Below, in pieces: positions 52,128 to 63,852 of a stretch of DNA of 64,000 nucleotides. Below the pieces are notes generated by a model, which ran no database searches, had not been told where the DNA came from, and was given only the letters and a program-made list of their open reading frames with translations. The position numbers and the translations under genes are program-made. Source of the DNA: Blepharisma stoltei ATCC 30299 (Eukaryota > Protista > Ciliophora); the NCBI GenBank assembly GCA_965603825.1, contig CBFDEM010000045.1, positions 62,001-126,000 of the forward strand. The letters run 5' to 3'. Each line of letters starts with the position of its first letter. Within the stretch, counting starts at the first letter, position 1.

Positions 52128-52595
52128 ATGGACAAAAGCGACCTTCTAGGCCAATGCATCGACGTATTGGGAAGCCAGCCTCACGAAATCCGAGAAAACG
52201 AGTCCTGCCACGAAATCAACATAAATTTGCCTGATTTGCCTGAATGTAATAGAAAAATGCTTATAGAATCAAGAAGAAATTTAGTAATAATTTACAGCCA
52301 GTGCAAAAGTATTAGGGCACAAACAGATGAGCAAAAGAAAAACTGCCTGAGGTTTATTTCGAAAGCCAATGAAGGAATAAGTTTTGGGAATGTTGAGTTG
52401 AATTATGATTCCGGAGAATTTCGATATAAAACAAGCCAAGCTTTTCCTGGGGTCAGAGACGCAAGGCCAGTAATAGCATTTATGCTTGAGCAGCAAAACA
52501 TAAATTTCCAAAGGCTAGTTGAAGTACTCCCAAGGATGCTTACAGGAGAAATCGATTTTGCAAATGCAGCACAGCATGTGACAAATCTCCAGTAA
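52128..52595 (+). CDS. YbjN-like domain protein, 155 aa
   Basis: Clean ATG-TAA ORF. LRFISKANEGISFGNVELNYDSGEFRYKTS matches the YbjN pattern from memory. Confidence 0.72.
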   Translation: MDKSDLLGQCIDVLGSQPHEIRENESCHEININLPDLPECNRKMLIESRRNLVIIYSQCKSIRAQTDEQKKNCLRFISKANEGISFGNVELNYDSGEFRYKTSQAFPGVRDARPVIAFMLEQQNINFQRLVEVLPRMLTGEIDFANAAQHVTNLQ

Positions 52596-53082
52596 TTATT
52601 AAAGATTTGGCATTATCATAAATATCTCCTGTCGTAGTCCTAGACATTAGTTTATGTAAAATAATATCAAAAATGAAAATAGAATGGCGATTATTTATAC
52701 GCATACTTCATTAACTCAATAATGTGATAGAAATGGTATAAGTGACGCTTGAATTGACATTTCTGAGCTATATTTATATTTTACGATTTGTTGTTACTAT
52801 AAAAAGTAAAATGCCTAATTATTTTTTAAAATTTGGCCTTTTCAGATAGATACCAAGTTCGGGTGAGGAAAGTCTTTGAGCTAGTTCCATTATTTATTAA
52901 ATGCATATTTAGAAGCCACCAAGGATTCGAGATGGAATTGAGATGAATTTCAAATTTAATATCAGATAGTTTTTATAATTAAATTAAGTAGAATCAAACT
53001 TACCTTGATAGGATAGTAATAGTTTATTATTAAAATAGTGAAAACCTTTATTAATACTTGCCCTTATAGGGCTTTCCTATAT

Positions 53083-53470
53083 TTAATAATCATTATCACC
53101 CCTTCTCTCTAAAGAGTACAGACCACGATTGTCTCTTTCCAATTGATATTTTTTGAATCCTTTGAATATAAGAAATTCAGGCGATATCAGAAGCCTTCAA
53201 GTGGACTGCACCAATTTGTAATTATATTTAGAAAATTAACTTACTCTTCACAAATTTTTAAAGAAGAGTTCAGACTTCAGTTGCCTGCTATCCTGATTTG
53301 TAGATCCCAATTTAGTTGCTTTTTTCGCCCCTGGAGCTGCTTTTAAAATTTGTTTTTTACTGTCTAGAGTTTTTTGGTTTATATCTTAGAAGCCCTTTTG
53401 AGCTTTTCTGACGTGGTGCGCAAGTTCAAGGACAAAAATGACTTTATGAGCGTTTCTAAAGATATATTTA
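53083..53470 (-). pseudogene. Inverted degenerate 3' fragment of the HExxH gene
   Basis: Reverse complement aligns with ~56700-57094 (gtcatttttgtcc(t/a)tgaacttgc...tctttagagagaaggggt.ataa.gattattaa). Confidence 0.85.
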
Positions 53471-54016
53471 TAGTGGAAAACTCAATGGCGCGCTGTTAAT
53501 GCAGAAGTCTTTAGCGAGTACATGCTCTTGTCCTGCTCGAGCAACTTTAGTGATACCGTGAAACATGAGTTTACAAATAAGTAGGGGAGCATTAGTGAAG
53601 AAAATAGGACATTAACAATTATAGTAAGTGTAAGATAACGGTAGTAGCAAAACACTAACAGAAAATGCTTTTGAATTAATAAAAAATATATCTAAAACCT
53701 CTCTTCTTTCACGGCCACATCCACAATTGCGATTCTAGTGCATACTCAAGTAATTTTTCTCAAATTTGGCTCTCAAATCACTCATCTATTCTTATAAATT
53801 GCAATCTTATATAAAGAATTACTAATATAATTCAAAAATTGAATATTTTAATTTAAAAATTAAAATTTATTTGTACCACATATCTCATCTTTGAAATATT
53901 GAAACTGCATCAAATGCAGCAGCCTAACATAATTTTAATTTTCTTTAATCTTTTGAGTTAAGTAATTGGCTGTCCATATCCTATGTAGGCATTAGATTTT
54001 TAACAGGGAAAACAAT

Positions 54017-54077
54017 CAATGGAAGAAAGAAATGGACCTTGTCCAATGGGAAGAAAGAAATGGACCTTGTCCAATGG
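54017..54077 (+). repeat. 27/28-bp tandem duplication
   Basis: caatgg(g)aagaaagaaatggaccttgtc twice, then caatgg. Confidence 0.9.
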
Positions 54078-54376
54078 TTTAGAAAGTCATTTTCGCCTAT
54101 GAGCTTGAATGTGAAGCTAGTAAAATTTTAACGGAGCTTTAAGCCAAAAATTTAGAGCATTTGCTTATTTTAATCAATTATCGGCTAATCATTATAAATG
54201 GGTTTACCTGACATCATCTAAGCTTCATCTTTTTTGTGGGAGCCGATTTAACAAACTAAACTAAACACAAACTTCATCAGACAGCAGATTCCTCATAATA
54301 TTTCAGAGTAAATTCTTGAAAATTTATAAAACTTTTATTGAAATAATTTATTTGGGGCCCTTAATATATAAAATTA

Positions 54377-57094
54377 ATGGAAAGCACAGAATCAGTGATA
54401 ATATCTAAAAGAAAAAGAGAACACATTAAGATCGGGATCAGTAAACTCATACAAAGTGTTATTGTTCAGGATAATCCAAGGTCGGAAGAATTTAGCGATG
54501 TGGTGTCAGAAGCATTAACAGCCCATGAATTAGATCGTTTGCTGACCGAAGAAAGCTACCTAAATATATGGATAAAATTAGAAGATATAAAATTAAGCAG
54601 CGATTATGCTTATTTCTATCTCGGACTAGTTATTGATTATGACAACGCACTAACAGAATTTTTTTTTGAAATAATAAAAAACTGCTTAAGAGAATTGGAT
54701 GTAAACTACCAAACATTGATCGGTCTCCTAAAAAATTGTAGATTGGAAGCTCTATTAAAGCTTATTACAATTTTTGTGTTAGCCGAGAAAGCAGACAAAG
54801 ACAAGCTTGACGAAGCAAAAATAATTGAAATAACTAGGTCATTCTTATCCAGATACAATTCACTTTTTTTTGAAGGCGAAACTCATGACTCTCTTGATGA
54901 TTTCTTAGTAAGAAGACTTTTACAGTTTTTAAATTTTGCCGATGAACTGAATTTGGGAAAAAATTGCGAGATAGATTCAAACTCATGAAATAGTTTGTTG
55001 AATCGAGCGAATTCCGCACAAACATTTAAATACATCTTTCCAGCGCTCAGCAATCATATAAAATTTACGAGTCAAGATAAAATGTCAGAATCTCGCAATT
55101 TAATTTTTCATATACTTTCACTACCAAATAAAGCTCGATGTGAAATTTCTGATAAGCTTTTTTGTAAGAAAAAGGACTGAGTTTCGTTTTATATTCAGTT
55201 CTGTTTAGAAAATATGTCAATTCCTTATGATACTAAAAAAAAAAGAAACATATCGTCAGCGATTTCTCTTTTTCTATCGTATATAACAAATAAAAACAAA
55301 AGCAATACTAAATACATAATTGAAAAATCTGAACTAATCAGAATTTTTAATTTTCCGGAATTATTTGAATATATTTATTACTTGATAACTGATCTTGTCC
55401 AACTTCAGCTTACGAGTCAGTCATATGATATTAAGTTTTTGGATGAATATTTTTCAAATATCAAATCCTTACCAAGTCCATATGAAGTTTCGAAAGCTCA
55501 AAATATAACCTTTCAGCTCATAATCTTTTCTTGTTTAAAAATTGATAATCAAACCATTAAAACTGAAATATTGAGCTATGCTGTGGAATTTTTCAAAAAC
55601 TACTATAAAGTTGGCATAGCTGAATATGATAGAAATGGCATTGAGGTTGTCAATATTATATCATTAATCTCTTGACACTTACCTTCGATTTGGGATTTAA
55701 TTTTCGAGGCATTAGCTGAATTGGATCGAAATTTAGAAGACTCAGATCCTCAGCTAAATGCAAATCGGCAATGCTTATTAATACAGCTAAACGTCAAGCG
55801 TAGGCTGCAATTAAAAGATCAAATTCCAGATGAATTTCTTAATTTCATTGGTAGCCTAATTACTTATCTTCATGAAGGCACAAGTAACTCATGAAATGAG
55901 ATGAATGATATTGTAATAAACTGAAATAATGACTTTGATATCCGTTCAGAGAACTATGAAAACAATGATTATTGAGGAAAAGTTTTAATTTATTATTGCT
56001 GAAATTCAAAACACTTAATAAGTTTGAAGGAATTTTGGGAAAGTAAAGTGAAAGAGAAAAATGAGCAAGAGATAAAAGAAGAGACAAAGGAAGAAACAAA
56101 AGAAGAGATAAAGGAAGAGATAAAGGAAGAGATAAAGGAAGAGATAAAGGAAGAGATAAAGGAAGAGATAAAAGAAGAGACGAAAGAAGAGGTAAAAGAA
56201 ATTTTTAAGCAAGCAATTGATAAATGCGATGAAGAAAACCAAATAAGCCAAAAAGGGAAGAAATGAACGCAGAAAGAAATTGATCTTCATGCTCAGCTTC
56301 TATTAGAACTCAAAAATTGTTGCTTATTAAACATTTTATTTAGCGAACAGATTTCAAAGCAAGTAAAAAAGTGGCTAATTTCTCAATTAGCCAATTTGTT
56401 CAGTTTATCTATCAATAATTCACATGATGGTGCAAATTTCATAATAAAAACAGTTCCATTTTTAATGCAGCTTATATCCGAGCCAATAGTAAAAGCTGAT
56501 AATGTCCAAAAAAGGGACTTCAAAGAATTAGCTCACTCCTTAGTTGTAAAAGAAAGCCTCAGTAAGATTGGCCTTAAGATTGATCTAGAAAAAAAGTATG
56601 ATGAGTATGTGTATTTTGCTAGTTTACCTATCGATCTTGCAGGCGTTACTGTATTCGGAGGTGATATCTTAATAAATAATAGATATAACAAGAAAATACC
56701 CTTCAATCTTTGTGCTCAGAAAGTCATTTTTGTCCATGAACTTGCACACCATATCAGAAAAACGCAAAAGGGTTTCTATGATATAAACCAAAAAACTCCA
56801 GAAAGTAAAAAACAAATTTTAAAAGGAGCTCCAGGGTCGATAAAAACAACTAAATTGCTATCTACAAATGAGGGTGGCTGGCAATTGGAGTCTGAACTCT
56901 TCTCTGTGTTTTTTATAGAAATTTGTCAAGAGCAAGTTGACTTTCTAAATTCAATTTTAAATTGGGATACACAACTTGAAGAATTTAAAACTGTCCTGAA
57001 GAGATTATATTCAGAGAATTCAAACAAGTATCAATTGGGAAGAGGCAAAGATGGGCTGTATTCTTTAGAGAGAAGGGGTCATAACGATTATTAA
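54377..57094 (+). CDS. 905-aa protein: helical N-terminus, (KEEI)n repeat, C-terminal HExxH zincin-like domain
   Basis: Five track ORFs in one frame; gaps contain TGA only. Motif VIFVHELAHHIRK...KTP...EGGWQLESELF. Confidence 0.85.
56068..56200 (+). repeat. 12-bp coding minisatellite (aaggaagagata), ~11 units, KEEI/KEET
   Basis: Directly visible tandem repeat. Confidence 0.95.
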
Positions 57095-57320
57095 ATACAT
57101 AATAAATGTTTAACCTATTATTTCAATAATAAACGAATAGGGCTTGAAATGTAAATAAGATCCTGATTGATTAATCTAATATGTCATATAGCTAATGAGA
57201 AGAATGACGATGGGCTGTAGACTTTACAGGATAGAGGTAGCAATAATAGTTAATTTACATAAATGGCTTTAAATGCTATTCAGAGAGTTTTAATCTATTT
57301 AATGATAAAATTAAAATTGA

Positions 57321-57408
57321 ATGGAAACATAAAATAAGCACAATATTTGAGAGAAAAAGATAGGCATTGACAACTGAATCAGAAAACTCATACAAAGTGC
57401 GATTATTT
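57321..57408 (+). pseudogene. Short decayed 5' fragment of the HExxH gene family
   Basis: atggaaa...aaaactcatacaaagtg.gattatt matches the starts at 54377 and 57783. Confidence 0.6.
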
Positions 57409-57495
57409 TGAAATTTTCCATTTTTTAACTAAAAAGCGGACGAAAAGCAATCAATGTTGCTAATTCCCTAAAAAAAACTCACCTGGTGAAAACTT

Positions 57496-57717
57496 AAACG
57501 TAAATAATGTAATAAGTTCATTTTTAGGCTGCATTTTTAATGGGTATCTAGCCATCGATCATGAGTGTTTAGAATTTCAAGTTATAGGGTAGTAATATGT
57601 GGAGCATTATGCATTCTGGTGGACCTTAGTCTGTTTATTTTAAACAATTACAGGTTCTCAAAGAAATATTTCCATATGCTAAAAAGGGAGTCTGACGGTT
57701 AGGGGCAAGATTATTTT
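57496..57717 (+). repeat. ~220-bp dispersed repeat, copy 1
   Basis: Shared ggagcattatgcattctggtgga and aaaagggagtctgac.gttagg with copies 2 and 3. Confidence 0.9.
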
Positions 57718-57782
57718 ATGATCTTCATGTGAGTAAATTTTTAAAGATTTCTTGAATAAAATTAAGAAGATTAATATAAATT

Positions 57783-58762
57783 ATGGAAAGCGTAGAGCCA
57801 GCGATAATATTTGAAAGAAAAAGGAAAGAGATTCGCATCGGAATCAAAAATCTCATACAAAGTGTAATTAATGAGGATAATCTCGGGAAGGAAGAAATTG
57901 ATGATATGGTGTCAGAAGCATCAAAAGTCTGTGAATTAGATAATTTGCTGGCCAAACAAAGCTCATAAATATATGGACCATATTAGAAAATATAAACTTA
58001 GAGAGCGATTATGCTTATTTCTATCTCGGACTGGTTATTGATTATGATGGCACACTAGCAAAGCAATTTTTTGAGTTAACAAAAAATTGTTTCTCAAAAT
58101 TGGATGTAAGCTATCAAACATTGATCGATCTCCTAAAAAGTTGTAGATTGGAAACTCTAATAAAGCTTATTACAATTTTTGTGTTAGCTGAGAAAGTAGA
58201 CAAAGACAAGCTTGACGAAACAAAAATAGATGATATAACTAAATCATTCTTAAAAAGATTCGATTCACTTTATTTAGAAGGCCAAAGTGTTGGCTCTCTT
58301 GATGATTTCCTATTAAGAAGATTTTTGCAGTTTTTAAATTTTGCTGATGAACTGAATTTAGGAGAAAAATGCAAGATAGCTGCTGACTCATGAATAAATT
58401 TATTGAGTCGAGCTAATTCTGCCCAAACATTTAAATATATATTTCCAGCTCTCAATAATCATGTAATATTTGTCAGTCTAGATAAAATGCTTGAATCTCG
58501 CCGTTTAATTTTTTATATACTTTCACGACAAAAAACAACAGGGTATCCAATTTTTGATAAGCTTTTTTGTAAGAATAAGAACTCAGTGTCATTGTATATT
58601 AAGTTCTATTTGGAACATATGTCGAGTGACGGCATTCCTTATGATACTAAAAAAATATACATATCGTCAGCGATTTCTCTTTTTCTATCGTATATAACAA
58701 ATAAAAACAAAAACAATACCAAATACATAATTGAAGATTCTGAACTAATCAGAATTTTTTAA
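57783..58762 (+). pseudogene. Truncated, frameshifted paralog of the HExxH gene N-terminus
   Basis: Aligns with 54377-55350; frameshift and TAA at ~57966. Confidence 0.88.
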
Positions 58763-58799
58763 TTTTTTGCCAATATCTAAAATTTATCAATTGCTAAGT

Positions 58800-59577
58800 A
58801 AAAAGAGAAATCGCTGATGATATGTACCTCGTTTGCTCTTTTCGTGAAAGTATATGGAAAATTAACCTGCGAGATTCTGACTTTTTATCTAGACTGGTAA
58901 ATATTATATGATTGTTGAGGGCTGGAAATATGTATTTAAATGTTTGGAAGGAATTAGCTCAATTCAATAAATTTATTCATGAGTCAACAGCTATCTTCCA
59001 ATTTTTTCCTAAATTCAAAATTTAAAAATTGTAAAAGTCTTCTTACAAGGAAATCATGAAGAAAGCCACGACTTCCTCCTTCAATATAAAGTGAATTGAA
59101 TCTGAGTAAGAATAAATTATTTATTTCAGTTATTTTGACTTCGTCAAGTTTGTCTTTGTCTACTTTCTCAGCTAACATAAAGATTGTAATAGGCTTTAAT
59201 AGAACTTCCAATCTACAATTTTTTAGGAGATCGATCAATGCTTAGTAGCTTACATCCAATTCTTGGAAGCAATTTTTTATTAATTCCAAAAATTGTTTCA
59301 TTAGTGTGCCATCATAATCAATAACTAGTCCGAAGTAGAAATGAGCATAATCACTGTCTAAGTTTATATTTTCTAATTTAACCCATATATTTAGGTAGCA
59401 TTGTTCGGTCAGCAAATCATCTAATTCATGGACTTTTAATGATTCTGACTCCACATGGCTAAGTTCTTAGGACCCGGGATTATCCTGAACAATTACGCTT
59501 TGAATGAGTTTTTTGATCCCGATCTCAATCTCTGCCCTTTTTCTTCTAAATATTATGACTGCTTCTACGCTTTCCAT
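58800..59577 (-). pseudogene. Inverted, decayed paralog of the HExxH gene N-terminus
   Basis: ATG at 59577. Track ORFs 59242-59454 and 58984-59238 are homologous to 54377 onward; stops and deletions present. Confidence 0.88.
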
Positions 59578-59730
59578 TAAATTTTATATATTAATAGAGC
59601 CCCAAAACATTATATAAGAAATCTTTTTATAAATTCTCAAAGAATTTACTTATTCAGCCTATTCTAATTATTAATTAGATACATTGACTATTATTTATTA
59701 AGTTTTCTTTCTTTAATTATGATCTAAAAC

Positions 59731-59996
59731 TCTCTTCTTTCGCAGCCACATGCATGCTTTGAAAGCCAAATTGAGAGGTATAACTCGAGTACGCACTAGA
59801 ATCACAGTTGTGGATCTATTCTAATACATTGAAATCCCAATATAAAGTAATTACTAATGCAAATCAGCAATTAAATATTTTAATTTGAAAATTAAAATTG
59901 ATTTGTATTATATATCTTGTCTTTGAAATATGAAACTTCATCAAATGCAGCAGCCTAGCACAATTTTAGTTTTCATTAATCTTTTGAGTTAAGTAA
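59731..59996 (+). repeat. Copy of non-coding 53700-53966 containing an internal ~65-bp inversion
   Basis: Flanks align directly; 59757-59815 aligns with the reverse complement of 53719-53778. Confidence 0.85.
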
Positions 59997-60628
59997 GTGA
60001 TAACCCTTATCTTATGTCAAAAGAGCAGAAAAGATCAGTATTTCAAATACCCAAAAAGTGAGAATTATTTAAGAAAGAAATTGATATTAATTCTTGCAAG
60101 TTGTAGGCATTACGTTTTTAAAAGCGGCACCTATCAATGAGGGTAAGAAAGAGACCTTATCCTATAGTCTGAAAAAAAATTTCAGCCATGGGCTTGAATA
60201 TTACCTGACAGGGTCTGCAGCTTCATCTTTATTTGTGGAAGCTGATTTAAGAAACCAAACTAAACGCAAACTTTATCAGGCAGATGACTCATCTCTAAAG
60301 TCTCCTATTTGGCGGATACATATTAGCTATAGGATTGATAACTGTGATCACTACAGTCATTGCAAATTTTATTTTATTTTAGGATAAATCCACACTCTTT
60401 GATGAATAATGGACCTTATTTTCATTTTTCTAGGACTTATATCATTTGCTCAGCTCTTTTTTAATAAGAAAGCTCATCAAGTGACGAAAAATTAAAAGCG
60501 CTAATAATGTGATAAAGATTTTGAGGTATTTTTCAAAACTTTTGCGTATACAAGTTTATTTGAATGAATTAATAAACCATCATTGGTGTTGCTTCCAATG
60601 AAGTACTGATAACCATTTGTTTTAATTC

Positions 60629-60840
60629 TAATAGGTTCGTTTTTAGGCTACCTTTTTAATGGATATTTAGCTATCAATCATAGAGTGTTTGGAATTTCAA
60701 GGTATACGACAGTAATATTTGGAGCATTATGCATTCTGGTGGAGTCTTAGTCTGTTTATTTTTTTATTAAATACAGATTCTTAAAGGAAAATATTTGCCA
60801 TATGTTAAAAAGGGAGTCTGACGGTTAGGACAAGATATTT
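60629..60840 (+). repeat. ~220-bp dispersed repeat, copy 2
   Basis: Same shared blocks as copy 1. Confidence 0.9.
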
Positions 60841-60873
60841 TGCATTAGCTTTTAAAACTAAATTTGAATAATA

Positions 60874-60951
60874 ATGGCAGGAGTTCTTGGCTCAGCTACA
60901 CCAACAGCAAAGTTCAAGCTTGTGTTTTTTGGGGACCTTTATAAAGGGAAG
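60874..60951 (+). pseudogene. Isolated N-terminal fragment of a Rab6-like GTPase
   Basis: MAGVLGSATPTAKFKLVFFGDLYKGK resembles Rab6 KFKLVFLG(D/E)QSVGK. No later G motifs follow. Confidence 0.65.
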
Positions 60952-61002
60952 CTTTTGAAGAAATTTAATAAATTCTTTTGAGCTCTATTAAAATAATATT
61001 TA

Positions 61003-61283
61003 AAAGAAAAAGGACAGAGATTGACATCGGGATCAGAAATCTCATTCAAGCCGTAATTGTTCAAGATAATTTTGGCAGTAAAAAATTAAACATGTGAAGT
61101 CAGAAGTATCAAAAGCCCATGAATTAAATGATTTGCTGGCCAAGCAAAGCTACCTAAATATATGGATTAAATTAGAAAATATAAACTTAGACAGCGATTA
61201 TGCTTATTTCTATCTCGGACTAGTTATTGATTATGATGACATACTAGCAAACCAATTTTTGAATTAATAAAAAATTTCTTAAA
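61003..61283 (+). pseudogene. Decayed 5' fragment of the HExxH gene family
   Basis: Aligns with ~54405-54690 (agctacctaaatatatggat...agcgattatgcttatttctatctcggactagttattgattatga). Confidence 0.85.
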
Positions 61284-61540
61284 GAGATTTTTTAAAGCGA
61301 TAAACTATCAATAGCATGGTGCAGAAGTGTAGGAATGCTCGCACCACCAAACTGCGATGAATGTGGCAATCAATGCTACATTGCAAATCAGAAAAACATT
61401 ACTTCTTAAAATGCTATGCATTTAAGCTTTCATTCTCAATAAAAAGGAGATCTTTCTTCAGCAACATGAAGCTACCTATGAAATCAATACTTACATTGAT
61501 TTTTGAATATTGGTGTTTAAGGTGTCCCACGCCACCCTTT
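61284..61540 (+). mobile_element. N-terminal fragment of a Merlin/IS1595(ISXO2)-like transposase
   Basis: SDKLSIAWCRSVGMLAPPNCDECGNQC, then a frameshift, then FLKCYAFKLSFSIKRRSFFSNMKLPMKSILTLIFEYW. This is a Zn ribbon plus the S-I-(R/K)-x-x-S-F-F..KL pattern. No DDE core or TIRs seen. Confidence 0.68.
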
Positions 61541-61625
61541 TTTGATAGGGATTATGCCTAGCTAGTGACTCCAAATCCCTTCCTGCTGCTTAAACGTTGG
61601 ATCTTATGGCTATGGGAGAAAATTT

Positions 61626-61852
61626 AACGTAAATAATGTAATAGGTTCGTTTTTAGGCTACGTTTTTAATCGGTATCTAGCTATCTATCATGGAGTGTTT
61701 GGAATTTCAAGGTATAGGGCAGTAATATTTGGAGCATTATGCATTCTGGTGGAGTCTTAATCTGTTTATTTTTTTAAAAATTACAGATTCTCAAAGGGAA
61801 ATATTTTCCATATGCTAAAAAGGGAGTCTGACAGTTAGGGCAAGATTATTTT
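61626..61852 (+). repeat. ~220-bp dispersed repeat, copy 3
   Basis: Same shared blocks as copy 1. Confidence 0.9.
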
Positions 61853-62185
61853 TGGATACTTCAAGTAAATTTTTAAGAATTTATAAAAGATTTTTTGAAT
61901 AATTTTTATTCCAAGTATCAAGGAAAGATTTTAAAAACTTCAAGAATGTGCTATAAATACAGATTTAAGATTTATTTTATTCCAAATCTATCTATTGTTT
62001 TAAAAATTTTTTATTTCATTTGGAAATTTATAAAAATTAAAATTTTGAATCTTATCTCACGTATAATGAAAATTCCAAAAAAAGACTTAAAGCCCAAATA
62101 TTATTTAAAGATGATATCACAGCTTATATCCAGTCTCAGAAATATATTTTTAAGTTAAATTATTTATTTGTATCAATTTAGCTAA

Positions 62186-63706
62186 TTACATATCTTTTGA
62201 GTCTGGTAATTGCTCAATTAAACTTTTCAAGTTAAACTTGCTTTTATTAAAAAGCTCATTAGGAGGGTACACTCTTTCTGTTGTTATTTTAAAAGGATTA
62301 TGGATTCTATTATCCTGATATTTCAACAGTACATTAGCTAATGATTTATAATTTGCCACAAGTTCAGAAATTTCATCGTTTCCTTCCTTTAAGCTATTTA
62401 TATCAAGATTTCCTAAAAATTCACTTTCCACTGCATGTGAATTAATTTTATTAGTAAAATCCGCAATCTTTTGCAAAGGGCTTCTAATAGACCTCGCAGA
62501 ACAATGAATTATCATAATAATTACAGCTAAAATAACCCCACCACAAAATATAAAAAACCCTATTAAAATTCCTCCAAATTCTTCGATTTTATTTCTGCTG
62601 TCACTTCCATAGGTCATAATATCTCTCTCCTTTACAAAAAGCATAAGAACATACCATCATTCGTCATTGTTTTGACTCCCTATTGGGAATGTAGCAACTC
62701 TATATACTTCATCGTGAAAAACCATAAAATGGATCCCTTTAGGCTTAACCAATACTTTTCCCCAAAAATGGGAATCTTCTAGCTGGGTAATGGAGTCATA
62801 GGAATTGCTTCACCATCCTTTTCCATTGCATTTTAAAATCTGGCCACTCTTGTGGACAAGGGCTGTGTCCCCTTTTCCTAGGTATTTTAGCTCTTTAAGG
62901 TCTTGATATATAAATAGGACAGGCAAATCAGCTAATATAACCCCAATATTTTTATTGTTGTTATCAGTAAGTGGTGTAACCAATGAAATTATATCAAGAA
63001 GATTCCCTAAGTAATCAGGATACCCAACAGTCGCTAAATTTGTAGCATTATTTTGCTTATAAGCCATATATCAAGTTTGGTTTGTAGGTCTATAAGTGCT
63101 AGGAATGTAGCTTCCTGGATAGGTGATCATAAAATTGCCTTCATCAAAATACATCATATATCTTATGACAGTCTGAAAAGTCAATACAAGTGTCGTGGGC
63201 CAAATATTATTAAACCTAGACACTTTTTTAATCAAACTATATGATACGTTAAAAATCTCTCCAAAAGTTTTATAGCAGCTATAAGTAAAGCACACCCTTT
63301 GGTTCCCATACAAATTGATAACTTTAGTCAAATTTTCTTTAGGTAAATGCTCATAATCTGTGATATTTAAATAATTCAATGCATAGGCATTTTCGTCGTT
63401 TAGCATTGAATATAGCATTTCTTTCACCAATTGGTTCATAACAAAAATATCTTGGAATTTTGTGTTGACGTAGGACGCCCCTTGGGCTACAAGTTCTTTC
63501 ATATTGTCGGTGGCTTGTTTGCTTTGGGTTTTTTCAATTTTTATTACTGTGTGCTCTCCAAGAAAATAAAAGCTGGTTATCATGAATAAAAAAACTAGTA
63601 TCAGCATAGAGAAAACTGCGAATATATAGCAGACCATCATTTGTCGCTTTATAGATCATGTCTTTGGGATTTCTTTTAAATCTTTCCAAAAGTGCTTTAT
63701 GCACAT
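62186..63706 (-). CDS. 506-aa membrane sensor: TM - dCache-like domain - TM - HAMP, short C-tail
   Basis: Three track ORFs plus a 5' extension to ATG 63706, all in one frame. Cache-like YPGS..YRPTNQTWY, GYPD and IGVILADL; HAMP-like IRSPLQKIADFTNKI...DEISELVANYKSL. Confidence 0.85.
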
Positions 63707-63852
63707 AATAATTTTAATAAAATACCATAAAATTAATTTTTAGACAATTCAGACAAAAAATCATAAATAAAGTGTTGGAATTTTGGGGTTTTTGTGGGCT
63801 TTTTAATATATTTAGGGATTAATAACAACAGCTTAATCTTGAAATAATAAAA

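Noticed and set aside
57496-61852. CRISPR-like array from the dispersed repeats or the 27-bp duplication at 54017
   Set aside because: No regular repeat-spacer period, no cas genes, eukaryotic context.
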